Assembly (NCBI GenBank): GCA_028712475.1
Contig: JAQTQB010000004.1
Span: forward strand, 67,368 to 131,367
DNA: 64,000 bases
Direction of reading: 5' to 3'
Source: Verrucomicrobiales bacterium
GTDB taxonomy: Bacteria > Verrucomicrobiota > Verrucomicrobiia > Limisphaerales > UBA11358
Shown here: in pieces, positions 27,458 to 35,993 of the stretch
Position numbering within the stretch: the first letter of the stretch is position 1
Layout: every line of letters starts with the position of its first letter
The notes under the pieces: model-generated
What the model saw: only the letters and a program-made list of their open reading frames with translations
Database searches by the model: none
Told to the model about the DNA's origin: nothing
Program-made: the position numbers and the translations under genes

Positions 27458-27556
27458 AAAGATTGTTCGCAGATGGTCGGATGCTTGAATGTTAGTTTCC
27501 GGCCATCCAGCGGGAAAGTTACAATCCGGTGACAATCCTTGTCGAGCGCGCAGAAA

Positions 27557-30500
27557 TCAAACCGCCCACTCGGCGCACAGCAGCCTGGCCTGCTCCAAAA
27601 CGGTTTGCGTGGCCTTCTCCTGCTTGTCTGGCGGATAGCCGTATTTGCGGAGGATGCGGCGGACGAGGACACGGATTTGAGCCTGGGCAGATTCGCGCAG
27701 CGTCCAGTCAATCGTCACGCTTTTGCGGACGTGTGAGACTAACTCGCGGGCGATGTCCTTTAATGTGGGTTCACCAAGAACTTTCACGGCGCTGTCGTTC
27801 ACTTCCAACGCGTCGTAAAACGCAACTTCATCATCCGTGAGGCCGAGGTCTTTGCCGCGCTTATGGCCTTCGCGCATCTGCTTGGCGAGTTCGATGAGTT
27901 CTGCAATGACCTGCGCCGCTTCAATGGTTCGGTTTTGGTATTTGCGGATGGTGGCTTCCAGCATTTCGGCAAACGAGCGGGATTGAACGAGGTATTTCTT
28001 CGAGCGGATTTTCAGTTCGTTGTTGAGCAGCTTTTGCAGCAACTCGACGGCAAGGTTGCGCTGGGGCAAATGCTGGACTTCCGCCAGGAACTCGTCGGAC
28101 AAAATTGAAATGTCCGGCTTCTTCAACCCGGCGGCGTCGAAGATGTCGATGACCTTGTCGGATGAAATCGCGCGGGAAACAATTTGCCGGACGGCCAGCT
28201 CCAATTCTTCCGGTGATTTTCCGCCGCCTTCGCTGATGCTCTTGGCCAGCACGGCGCGGACTTCCTGAAAGAATCCGACTTCATCACGAATCTCCAATGC
28301 CGAGTCATGCGGCACAGAGAGAGCGAACGCCTTGGACAGTTCCGTGACTGCCAACAGGTAGCGCGGCTTGCCGTCTTTTTGCTGCAACACATGCTCGGCG
28401 GCTTGTGCAATGAGCGGCAGCCTCTTTGCCGCTGTTGCCTTGGCCGCGCCCTCGTAATCAAACCCGTGCAGGATGGCGCAGACCTGCTCGTATTTCTCCA
28501 GCATCACGGCGACGGCTTCTTCCTGATCCAGCGTGATGTCGCCTTTGCCTTTGCTGTTCGTGTAATCGGCCAGCGCCTGTTTCAATTCCTCCGCCAGTCC
28601 GAGGTAATCCACCACCAAGCCGCCGGGCTTGTCTTTGAAAACCCGGTTCACCCGCGCGATGGCCTGCATCAGGCCGTGACCGCGCATCGGCTTGTCCACA
28701 TACATCGTGTGCAGGCTCGGCGCATCAAAGCCGGTCAGCCACATGTCGCGCACGATGACGATGCGGAACGGCTTCTTCGGATTCTTGAACGCTTTCGCCA
28801 GTTCCTCGCGCCTTGCTTTGCTGCGGATGTGTTGCTGCCACTCCAATGTGTCGGAAGCCGAGCCGGACATGACGATCTTCATCGTGCCTTTGTCATCGTC
28901 CTCGTGATGCCAGGCCGGGCGCAGTTTCTGGATCGCCTTGTAAAGCTCCACGCAGATGCGGCGGCTCATGCAGACGACCATCGCCTTGCCTTCCATCGCG
29001 GCGTAACGCGCTTCCCAATGCTTCACCAAATCCTCAGCCACGAGCGCGATGCGCTTGTCCGTCCCGACCATCGCTTCCAGTTGCGCCCACTTCCGGCGCA
29101 GACTTTCCTTCGTGGATTCCTCCGCATCTTCCGTCACTTCTTCAAAGTTCGGGTCAATCTTCGGGCGTTCCTCCGGCTTCAAATCAATCTTCGCCAGCCG
29201 CGCCTCGTAATAAATCGGCACGGTGGCCTTGTCCTCCTTCGATTGCAGAATGTCGTAAACGTCAATGTAATCGCCGAACACGGCCTGCGTGTTCTTGTCG
29301 CCACTTTCAATCGGCGTGCCGGTGAAGCCGATGAACGACGCCTTGGGCAGCGCATCCCTCATGTGTTTGGCGAAGCCGTCAATAAAATCGTATTGGCTGC
29401 GGTGCGCTTCGTCAGCGATGACGACGATGTTGCGCCGGTCGGATAGCAGCGGATGCTTGCCGCCTTTTTCATCGGGAAAGAATTTCTGAATCGTGGTGAA
29501 CACCACCCCGCCGCTGGCGACGTTGAGCAACTCGCGCAAATGTTCCCGGCTCTCCGCCTGAACGGGTATTTGCCGGATCAACTCTTTGCAAAAGGAGAAC
29601 GTGTCGAAAAGCTGGTCGTCCAGATCGTTGCGGTCGGTGAGCACGACGATGGTGGGATTCTCCATCGCCGGGTGCTGCACGATTTTTCCGGCGTAGAAAA
29701 CCATCGAAAGACTTTTGCCGCTGCCTTGCGTGTGCCAGATGACGCCCGCCCGTCTGTCGCCGATTTGATTCGTAGCAGCCGACGTGAGTCGGCTCTGACT
29801 TTCCGCTGGGGAATTAGAATGAGCGGACTCACGTCCGCTGCTACCAGTTAAAGCAACCCCCGCCGCCTTCAACGTAGATTCCACCGCCTTGTTGACTGCG
29901 TGGAATTGGTGATAGCCCGCCAGCTTCTTCACGACCTTTTCGCCATCATCTTCAAAGACGATGAAGTTGCGGACCAAGTCCAGCAGACGAGCCTTCTCGA
30001 ACACGCCTTTGAGCATGGTTTCCAGTTGCAACGAACCGGGCGGCACAAGCTCCTTGCCGGTGATGGTGCGCCACGTCATGAACCGCTCCCAATCCGACGT
30101 GACCGTGCCGAGCCGCGCTTCGTGGCCGTCCGAAATCACCAGCAGCGCGTTGGAGTGGAACAGCGACGGGATTTGCGCCTTGTAAGTCTGGAACTGGTCG
30201 AACGCCTTGCGGATGGTGGCCTGTTCGTCCGCAATGTTTTTGAGTTCCAGCAGTGCCAGCGGGATGCCGTTGATGAACACCACTACGTCAGCGCGGCGGT
30301 TGAAATGGCCTTCCTCCACTGTGAATTGATTGACCGCGAGGAATTCGTTGGCTTCGGGATTCGCAAAATCAATCAGCCAGACCTTGTCGTGAACGATTTG
30401 CCCTTCGCGGTTGCGAAACTCCACGTCCGCGCCTTCAACAAGCAGGCGATGAAACGCGCGGTTGTTTTCGATGAGCGTCGGATGGCTGATGAGCCGGAGT

Positions 30501-30721
30501 TTCCGCAACGCTTCTTGCAACCCTTCCTGCGGAACCTTGGGATTCAAATCCTTCAGCTTGGTTTGCAACCGGTCGAAAAGAAAAACCTGCTTGTAATCCG
30601 CGCGCTCCGCCGCCGGTTCGCCCGGCGCAATCGCCAGTCCCGACAAAACTTCGTATCCCAGCCCACGAAGCCAGTCGAGCGCGGCATCCTCCACGACAGA
30701 TTCGGTGATGCCTTTGCTCAT
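27557..30721 (-). CDS. hsdR: Type I restriction enzyme R subunit (HsdR), with a 72-bp in-frame palindromic insertion
   Basis: 1054 aa. N-terminal nuclease region, then helicase motifs [29 protein letters not shown] and QAIARVNR. The repeat-derived segment [24 protein letters not shown] sits just before motif I. Confidence 0.95.
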   Translation of the reverse strand: MSKGITESVVEDAALDWLRGLGYEVLSGLAIAPGEPAAERADYKQVFLFDRLQTKLKDLNPKVPQEGLQEALRKLRLISHPTLIENNRAFHRLLVEGADVEFRNREGQIVHDKVWLIDFANPEANEFLAVNQFTVEEGHFNRRADVVVFINGIPLALLELKNIADEQATIRKAFDQFQTYKAQIPSLFHSNALLVISDGHEARLGTVTSDWERFMTWRTITGKELVPPGSLQLETMLKGVFEKARLLDLVRNFIVFEDDGEKVVKKLAGYHQFHAVNKAVESTLKAAGVALTGSSGRESAHSNSPAESQSRLTSAATNQIGDRRAGVIWHTQGSGKSLSMVFYAGKIVQHPAMENPTIVVLTDRNDLDDQLFDTFSFCKELIRQIPVQAESREHLRELLNVASGGVVFTTIQKFFPDEKGGKHPLLSDRRNIVVIADEAHRSQYDFIDGFAKHMRDALPKASFIGFTGTPIESGDKNTQAVFGDYIDVYDILQSKEDKATVPIYYEARLAKIDLKPEERPKIDPNFEEVTEDAEESTKESLRRKWAQLEAMVGTDKRIALVAEDLVKHWEARYAAMEGKAMVVCMSRRICVELYKAIQKLRPAWHHEDDDKGTMKIVMSGSASDTLEWQQHIRSKARREELAKAFKNPKKPFRIVIVRDMWLTGFDAPSLHTMYVDKPMRGHGLMQAIARVNRVFKDKPGGLVVDYLGLAEELKQALADYTNSKGKGDITLDQEEAVAVMLEKYEQVCAILHGFDYEGAAKATAAKRLPLIAQAAEHVLQQKDGKPRYLLAVTELSKAFALSVPHDSALEIRDEVGFFQEVRAVLAKSISEGGGKSPEELELAVRQIVSRAISSDKVIDIFDAAGLKKPDISILSDEFLAEVQHLPQRNLAVELLQKLLNNELKIRSKKYLVQSRSFAEMLEATIRKYQNRTIEAAQVIAELIELAKQMREGHKRGKDLGLTDDEVAFYDALEVNDSAVKVLGEPTLKDIARELVSHVRKSVTIDWTLRESAQAQIRVLVRRILRKYGYPPDKQEKATQTVLEQARLLCAEWAV
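29772..29843. repeat. 72-bp palindromic repeat (family C) inside hsdR
   Basis: gtagcagccgacgtgagtcggctc + 24-nt spacer (tgactttccgctggggaattagaat region) + gagcggactcacgtccgctgctac. The 24-bp arms are near-perfect inverted repeats. Related copies are at 53738..53813 and 56392..56467. Confidence 0.85.
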
Positions 30722-31834
30722 TTATGCAGGCTCAGGCAGTGTTTCGCTGAATTGTAGCCGCATCCAGCCCAGCACAACCAGATTACGGATGGCGTTGGCC
30801 AGTGCCTGCTGCTTTTCCTCCGTGCGCCACGTTTTTTTCCAATCCAGAATGAACTCGTAAAGATCGCGCTCGGCAACTTCTTGCTGGGGTTTGGATCGCT
30901 TCAATTGACGGCTGGCAAACAGCACCGTCAGCACTTCCTCGGCTTGCTCGGTGTTTTTGATGCGGCTGAATAAATCCACGGTCTTGGCAATCTTCCGCTC
31001 GTGCCGCTTCAAGATTTCCTCGTATTTCGCTCGCTCCTTTTCGTATTGTGGGCCGACGCGCAACGCGATCATCTGGCCCAAGCGTTCCTCGTGCAGCCAG
31101 TTCCGGTTCGCGAAATCATGCAGCGCCAGTTTCACCTCGTCGGCAAAAGGCCCGTAGCTGCCTTTGCCAAACTTAAAACCAGTCTCGACTCCCATTTCCG
31201 TGACGACGTAGCAAATCTTTTGAAAGATCGTCCGACCCACTGGATTCGCGTAGGGCTGCTTCTCCAACTCCCGCAGAACTTCCATCAGGACAACCCACTC
31301 AGGATTTAACTTCTCGTGCTTACGACCCCGACCATCCAATTCCATCTGCGCCGGCCCGGCCAGAAAATCTTCCTCCAACTGCGTCTTTGAAGTTCCGTAG
31401 GGGGCATAGACTTCGATCTCGATGTTGAGATGCCGCAGCTTGCCATACATCAGCGGCCCGACTTCCTCCCAACTCAATCCGCCGTTGCCGCAACCGAGCG
31501 GCGGGAACGCCACGCTCTTGACGCCCCATTCCGCATGATGTTGCACGAAATAATCCAGCCCGCGCTCGATGTCCGCCAAACGCGAGGGCGACCGCCAATG
31601 ATCCTTCGTCGGAAAATTCACAATCAGGATTCCTGAACGGTCACGGAAAAGATACGGCTCGCCCAGCCGCACTTGCTTCCGTTCACACCGTTCGGCGTAA
31701 TCCTCAAACATAGCTGGATAGCGCTTCTTGAATTCCTGCGCGACGCCCTTGCCCATGATGCCGACGCAGTTCACCGTGTTCACCCGGGTCTGGGCTTGGC
31801 TTGCAAACAAATCGCCTAAGAGTGCTTTGAACAT
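30722..31834 (-). CDS. darG: DarG antitoxin (N-terminal macrodomain ADP-ribosylglycohydrolase + C-terminal DarT-binding region)
   Basis: N-terminus ..VNTVNCVGIMGKGVAQEFKKRYP..LIVNFPTKDHWRSPSRLADIERGL..VAFPPLGCGNGGLSWEEV closely follows the DarG macrodomain pattern. It lies immediately downstream of the DarT-like gene. Its stop abuts the hsdR ATG. Confidence 0.88.
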   Translation of the reverse strand: MFKALLGDLFASQAQTRVNTVNCVGIMGKGVAQEFKKRYPAMFEDYAERCERKQVRLGEPYLFRDRSGILIVNFPTKDHWRSPSRLADIERGLDYFVQHHAEWGVKSVAFPPLGCGNGGLSWEEVGPLMYGKLRHLNIEIEVYAPYGTSKTQLEEDFLAGPAQMELDGRGRKHEKLNPEWVVLMEVLRELEKQPYANPVGRTIFQKICYVVTEMGVETGFKFGKGSYGPFADEVKLALHDFANRNWLHEERLGQMIALRVGPQYEKERAKYEEILKRHERKIAKTVDLFSRIKNTEQAEEVLTVLFASRQLKRSKPQQEVAERDLYEFILDWKKTWRTEEKQQALANAIRNLVVLGWMRLQFSETLPEPA

Positions 31835-31840
31835 GGCTGG

Positions 31841-32428
31841 TTATCGGAAAAACATTTGTGGACTGATGGTAATCGGAAGGCCAAAGCCCTGCGATTGTAA
31901 ATTTGCCGCCGCCGCTTCGTCCACGGCGTATGCCCCGGTCAGAAACCGTGGCTCGACACAATGCGGCACGAGCACTTCCGCACACTTTTGCGAACGGTGA
32001 CGGTAGTAGGCAATTGGGTCGTTCGCGTGCCGCCAGTCCATCGCGAAAATCGCGTCGTAGTCCAGCACCCCTTCCTGCCTCGGATGCAGGAAGCGAACAT
32101 AGTCACTCGACGCATTGCGATCCGCGAACACCACGCCGTCAATATGCCTCACTTCCGTTGACACCCGCAAGACGCACAACGTCGCCGCTGTGTCCTTGCG
32201 TTTGAAGAGCATCGGATTGCGGGCGTGAAAATAAAGGTTGGCGTATTGATGCAGCTTCAAACCACCGGGAACGTGCTTCAAGTCGCGCCGTTCCTGCACG
32301 ACCTCCAGTGCCACGGAATAATGCGGCACTTTCGCCGCGCGCTCGTTCGACAGAATCCCGAGCTTCACGACCGACGGAATGTTTTCCAACGGCATGATGC
32401 ATTGAAATTCTGTGACGCGGGCGTTCAT
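31841..32428 (-). CDS. darT: DarT (DUF4433) ssDNA ADP-ribosyltransferase toxin
   Basis: ..ERRDLKHVPGGLKLHQYANLYFHARNPMLF.., ..VVFADRNASS.., ..QKCAEVLVPHCV.. parallel the DarT motifs (H-x-Y-V-PFYF..R-x-PML, FTD.., AEFLV with the catalytic Glu). The start is ATG 32428, or TTG 32437 (a 4-nt overlap with the upstream gene). Confidence 0.8.
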   Translation of the reverse strand: MNARVTEFQCIMPLENIPSVVKLGILSNERAAKVPHYSVALEVVQERRDLKHVPGGLKLHQYANLYFHARNPMLFKRKDTAATLCVLRVSTEVRHIDGVVFADRNASSDYVRFLHPRQEGVLDYDAIFAMDWRHANDPIAYYRHRSQKCAEVLVPHCVEPRFLTGAYAVDEAAAANLQSQGFGLPITISPQMFFR

Positions 32429-32433
32429 TTCAA

Positions 32434-33369
32434 TCAAGAAGCCAGCTTGTGCTTCACATCAACCGCAAATTCTTCCTTGTTGATCTTTGAACTCAAGCGG
32501 TCGTTGTTCAAATACTTCAGTATGTTCTCAATCGTGCCTTCGTCGGCAATGATACGCCCCTTGCTGTCATAATTGAGCCCCCATTTGTCAGACTTGTTAA
32601 TTCTCCGAAGCGCCTTCAGATAATCGGGCTTGCGATAATAGGCGGAGTTCTTCACTTGTGAAAGCCTCCGAAGGCGGGTGACGTTATTGCCGATAAGCGT
32701 TGTTATGTCTTGAGCGTTGGCGAAGAACCCGAGGGTTTGGAATTCTTTAACAATTTCGTCGCGGTTTCGCTCCATCCCCTCTCTAAAGTTGAGTGCCGTT
32801 TCAAAGTTCTTTTTGTCAGCCACAAACAACACTCCATCGAATGAGAAGAAGTCAATTTTGGAATCAATTCGGAAGATCTCTCCTTGCTCCAGATCCACCA
32901 ACATGTTGTTTTTGAAAATCGCATTCACCAATTGCGATACCTCTTTGGCTATCCAGCCGGAGGAGATTTTTCTCGCTCCATACAAAGATGGCGTGTTTGG
33001 CAAATCCAGACGGGCGATATAAAGCCATGAGCCAACAAGGTCGTCGTAGCTATTTGCACCCTGAACATCTCCATTGCTGATTTGGTCAATCACCGCCTGG
33101 AGATCTGTCTCGTCTGTTTTGAGGCCCAACACATCATCATCCAAATCAGCCGTGTTGAAGTCGTATTGCCGAACGGCATTGCTGCTCAAAATTTTTCCTT
33201 TGGTAATCGTTCTTACCTTTTTTGCCAAAGCCGCATCAACGTTCACGTTCAGAACTTCGTAGTGAGCATCCCGATGAACCAACCTTCGCTTCACCACATA
33301 GAAAGACACGGTTGCATTCTGCCATGGATGGTCCTTGGCGTTCTTCAGGCTGGTTTGGAGTTGGCTCAT
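32434..33369 (-). CDS. KwaB-like (DUF4868-like) protein, candidate Kiwa effector
   Basis: 311-aa soluble protein directly downstream of a 4-TM protein. The C-terminal half (..IDFFSFDGVLFVADKKNFETALNFREGMERNRDEIVKEF..) resembles my memory of DUF4868. It is AT-richer than the flanking hsd genes. No search was run, so the family call is provisional. Confidence 0.5.
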   Translation of the reverse strand: MSQLQTSLKNAKDHPWQNATVSFYVVKRRLVHRDAHYEVLNVNVDAALAKKVRTITKGKILSSNAVRQYDFNTADLDDDVLGLKTDETDLQAVIDQISNGDVQGANSYDDLVGSWLYIARLDLPNTPSLYGARKISSGWIAKEVSQLVNAIFKNNMLVDLEQGEIFRIDSKIDFFSFDGVLFVADKKNFETALNFREGMERNRDEIVKEFQTLGFFANAQDITTLIGNNVTRLRRLSQVKNSAYYRKPDYLKALRRINKSDKWGLNYDSKGRIIADEGTIENILKYLNNDRLSSKINKEEFAVDVKHKLAS

Positions 33370-33924
33370 TTAGACTTTGGGGTTAACCGCAGTGACAAGA
33401 AATAGCTGTTCGGAAAGCTCTACGATTCTGCACTGGTCACTTGCTTTCAAACGCGGACCTTTGACCAAAAAGAAATCTTCCCTCTCTTGGCCGTTCTTCT
33501 CGTATTGAACGTCATAAAGGTTATAGCCAAGACAGGCCAAAATTGGGTTCACGAAGATGTTGTGTGTTTTAAGGGTCATCCAATACATGATGACCATGAA
33601 AAAGCCGAAGGAGAGCAGCATTTTGATGTCATCCAAGTTGATCACGAAGAACGAAACCAGATAAGGGATGCTGTAATTCACCAACTCACCAGAGCGATTG
33701 GACACTTTTACAATCTTGACTGTCGGAGTTGAGGTTTTGAGAAAGCGGACCGCAGCCCAGATGACAATGCAGGAAATAATTGAAATGCCGACGATGGGCA
33801 AAACAATTTCAGGATGCTTCAAACGCCAATCTGGAAGTTCAAAGTCTTGAATGAGAAAAATTACGGACAGCGGAGAGTATGCGCTGATGAAAATGAGAAC
33901 CGACGATAAAAAGCGGAGTTTCAT
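33370..33924 (-). CDS. KwaA-like four-TM membrane protein
   Basis: ATG 33924 (MKLRFLSSVLIFISAYSPLSVIFLI..). Four hydrophobic helices are followed by a soluble tail of about 55 aa. The start is 2 nt from the hsdS stop, and the stop abuts the next gene's ATG. The longer ORF to 34020 overlaps hsdS and was discarded. Confidence 0.5.
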   Translation of the reverse strand: MKLRFLSSVLIFISAYSPLSVIFLIQDFELPDWRLKHPEIVLPIVGISIISCIVIWAAVRFLKTSTPTVKIVKVSNRSGELVNYSIPYLVSFFVINLDDIKMLLSFGFFMVIMYWMTLKTHNIFVNPILACLGYNLYDVQYEKNGQEREDFFLVKGPRLKASDQCRIVELSEQLFLVTAVNPKV

Positions 33925-33925
33925 A

Positions 33926-35149
33926 TCATGTATTCCCTTTCTGTATTGGCACGCGCAACTCGCCCGACAGTAGCTTCGGCAGCAGCGCGTCGCGCAGCGC
34001 GGCGAGGGTGCGGGATTCAAGCAGATTGTTCCGAATGCGTTCCATCAATGGCGAAACCTTTTCTTCAAACTGCTCAACAACTGCCGCAAGCGGCAAAGTT
34101 ACTTGCACACCCGCCAACGTGTCCCGCGTGATTGTGTCGAAGACAGAACCGTGTGCGTGCTGTTGAAGCTGTGAAACAAGCGCACGCGTTACGAAATAGG
34201 AGTGGAAACCTTTCGTGCCCGCTTTGCCACGAAGTCCGTAGCACGATTGATTCATTGCCATTGGAACACCAACCAACGCGACTTTGCCAACCGTTCCGCG
34301 AGCGGAAATGATAGTGGTGCCTATTGGCAAAACTTGAGTGGACGAATTATCAACGCCCGCTTGGGTGATTTTCTTTTCCGTGTCTATCACGAACAAATCT
34401 GAACCTTGCGGCGCGTCCACAACTGAGAACCACGGAATGTCACCGCTCCAATACTCAGCCACAGAAGTTTTGGGCGTGCCGCCGCCGATGATTTCAACGG
34501 TTTCGGTGAACGGCACTTCGCGCCAGCCTTTGGGGAGGGCGGATTGGGTGGCGTCCACGAACCAGGATTTGAACAGGCTCTGGGCCAGCGCCTCCATCGT
34601 CTCGTTCATCCGCCGGTTCAACTCAATCTTGTCGTCCAGCGCACCCAACACCGAAGCAATGGCGTCGCGTTCTTTTTTGGGCGGAAGTGGAATGGGAATA
34701 TTTGCAAGATCGCGCAGGTTGAACGTTGCTTGAACCGTCGTTGTTGCGCGTGTCCCGATGAAATTCTGACTGAGAGAAGACCGCAGACAAAGCTCAACCC
34801 AACGCGATCCAATTTCCGTTCTAACCGGAATCACGCCAACAGCGCGAGCGACGTTCCAGCCTGCTAATTCAGTCGGAACAACTGCCGATTCACCGAGCGA
34901 CCCCACGAGCGTGAGAAGCACTTCACCACCACGAAGTCGTGAGCGTCTATATTTCGCTTCAATGTCGCTGGAAACACGAAGCGCGTCACCGGTTTCAATT
35001 CGCCCAAATTTGATATTGTTGACGCGAATTACTGGAACACCATTGGCAGCATGAGAACCGGGTTGAACAATGCCGTAACAGATACCGCGCTCTTTATCCA
35101 CCAAGTCGGACAACACCTGATGCTCCCAATTTTCTGGCAACGCATTCAC
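33926..35149 (-). CDS. hsdS: Type I restriction-modification specificity subunit (HsdS)
   Basis: 407 aa with two target-recognition halves. Each is followed by a conserved helical spacer (..LGALDDKIELNRRMNETMEALAQSLFKSWFVD.. and ..EKVSPLMERIRNNLLESRTLAALRDALLPKLLSGEL). GTG start. Confidence 0.9.
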   Translation of the reverse strand: MNALPENWEHQVLSDLVDKERGICYGIVQPGSHAANGVPVIRVNNIKFGRIETGDALRVSSDIEAKYRRSRLRGGEVLLTLVGSLGESAVVPTELAGWNVARAVGVIPVRTEIGSRWVELCLRSSLSQNFIGTRATTTVQATFNLRDLANIPIPLPPKKERDAIASVLGALDDKIELNRRMNETMEALAQSLFKSWFVDATQSALPKGWREVPFTETVEIIGGGTPKTSVAEYWSGDIPWFSVVDAPQGSDLFVIDTEKKITQAGVDNSSTQVLPIGTTIISARGTVGKVALVGVPMAMNQSCYGLRGKAGTKGFHSYFVTRALVSQLQQHAHGSVFDTITRDTLAGVQVTLPLAAVVEQFEEKVSPLMERIRNNLLESRTLAALRDALLPKLLSGELRVPIQKGNT

Positions 35150-35224
35150 TTCCGGCCTCCCGTTCTGAAAAGCCGGGTGCGGCGGGTGGTGGCCGCCGCC
35201 CCACGCGCGCCCGCCAGCGACCCA

Positions 35225-35325
35225 AGGGACTCCAACGACGGAAGATTACTCACGCCCGCCAGTGACTGAAGGGACTCAAGCGACGGAAAGGGGCGCTTCG
35301 TTTTGGTCGTTCGAGTCCTTGAAGT
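35225..35325. repeat. Hairpin-forming repeat built from gggact/aaggac-type units, downstream flank of the four-helix-bundle gene
   Basis: gggactccaacgacggaag .. gggactcaagcgacggaaagg .. cgttttggtcgttcgagtccttgaagtc. A related element in the same orientation lies at about 35895..35975 (ggacggaagggacttcaaggacggcgagggactgcgag..cgctttggtcgttattgtccctttagtcc). Confidence 0.65.
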
Positions 35326-35993
35326 CATTTCCACCCTCCTTGCTGGGCGCGGGCCGCGAGGCGGGCGCGGGTCATGCGTTCGCGCAGGCCGCCTTCTTTC
35401 AGGAAATCCTGTTCCAGGCGGCGGAGTTGCTGGTCGAGCAGGTAGTTGGTCACCTTGATCAAACCCACAATCACATTGGCGCAGATGGCGGGGTCGGGAT
35501 GCTCGATGCCTTTCTTGAAGGTGTCGTAATTTGCGCCGGGCGTGCGGTTGAGCCGGCGCAAGCGCTGGGCGTAGCGGTGGTCGGGCGTCCATTCCTCGAT
35601 TTTGCGGGCGCGCATGAAATCGCGGTAATCTTCGAGCAATTCCTCCTGGCTGGCGCGGGCCACGTTGGTGAGCTTGAGTTCGGTTTCCTTGGATGTGCCG
35701 CTGGCCTGGCTGCCTTCGAGGATGTTTTGTTTGCCGGAGCGCGCGGCCTGCACCATCTGGTCGTGGGTGCGGGACTTTTTGTCAACAAACCGGTCACAAA
35801 AATACTGCGTGGCCTGAAACACCACCAAGGCTTTCTGGTAGGAGAGGAGTTCCTGGTAGCCGCCGTGAGCGGGGATGAAGCCATCAGCATCATCCGGAGG
35901 AAAGGACGGAAGGGACTTCAAGGACGGCGAGGGACTGCGAGTTGCCGTCGTCGCTTTGGTCGTTATTGTCCCTTTAGTCCTTGGCTCAGGCAT
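35325..35993 (-). CDS. Four-helix-bundle protein with suffix domain (23S rRNA intervening-sequence-protein-like family)
   Basis: Core ..[80 protein letters not shown].. matches this family. The first 30 or so codons (..[22 protein letters not shown]) are read through a repeat element, so the true start is uncertain. It overlaps the hsdM stop by 8 nt. Confidence 0.75.
   Translation of the reverse strand: MPEPRTKGTITTKATTATRSPSPSLKSLPSFPPDDADGFIPAHGGYQELLSYQKALVVFQATQYFCDRFVDKKSRTHDQMVQAARSGKQNILEGSQASGTSKETELKLTNVARASQEELLEDYRDFMRARKIEEWTPDHRYAQRLRRLNRTPGANYDTFKKGIEHPDPAICANVIVGLIKVTNYLLDQQLRRLEQDFLKEGGLRERMTRARLAARAQQGGWK

Noticed and set aside
25871-27532. 553-aa ORF on the plus strand
   Set aside because: It is entirely antisense to ppk1, which has unambiguous motifs. 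Its Arg/Ala/Gly-rich composition is typical of shadow ORFs in GC-rich DNA.
28307-30757. 379-aa and 285-aa plus-strand ORFs
   Set aside because: They are antisense to hsdR.
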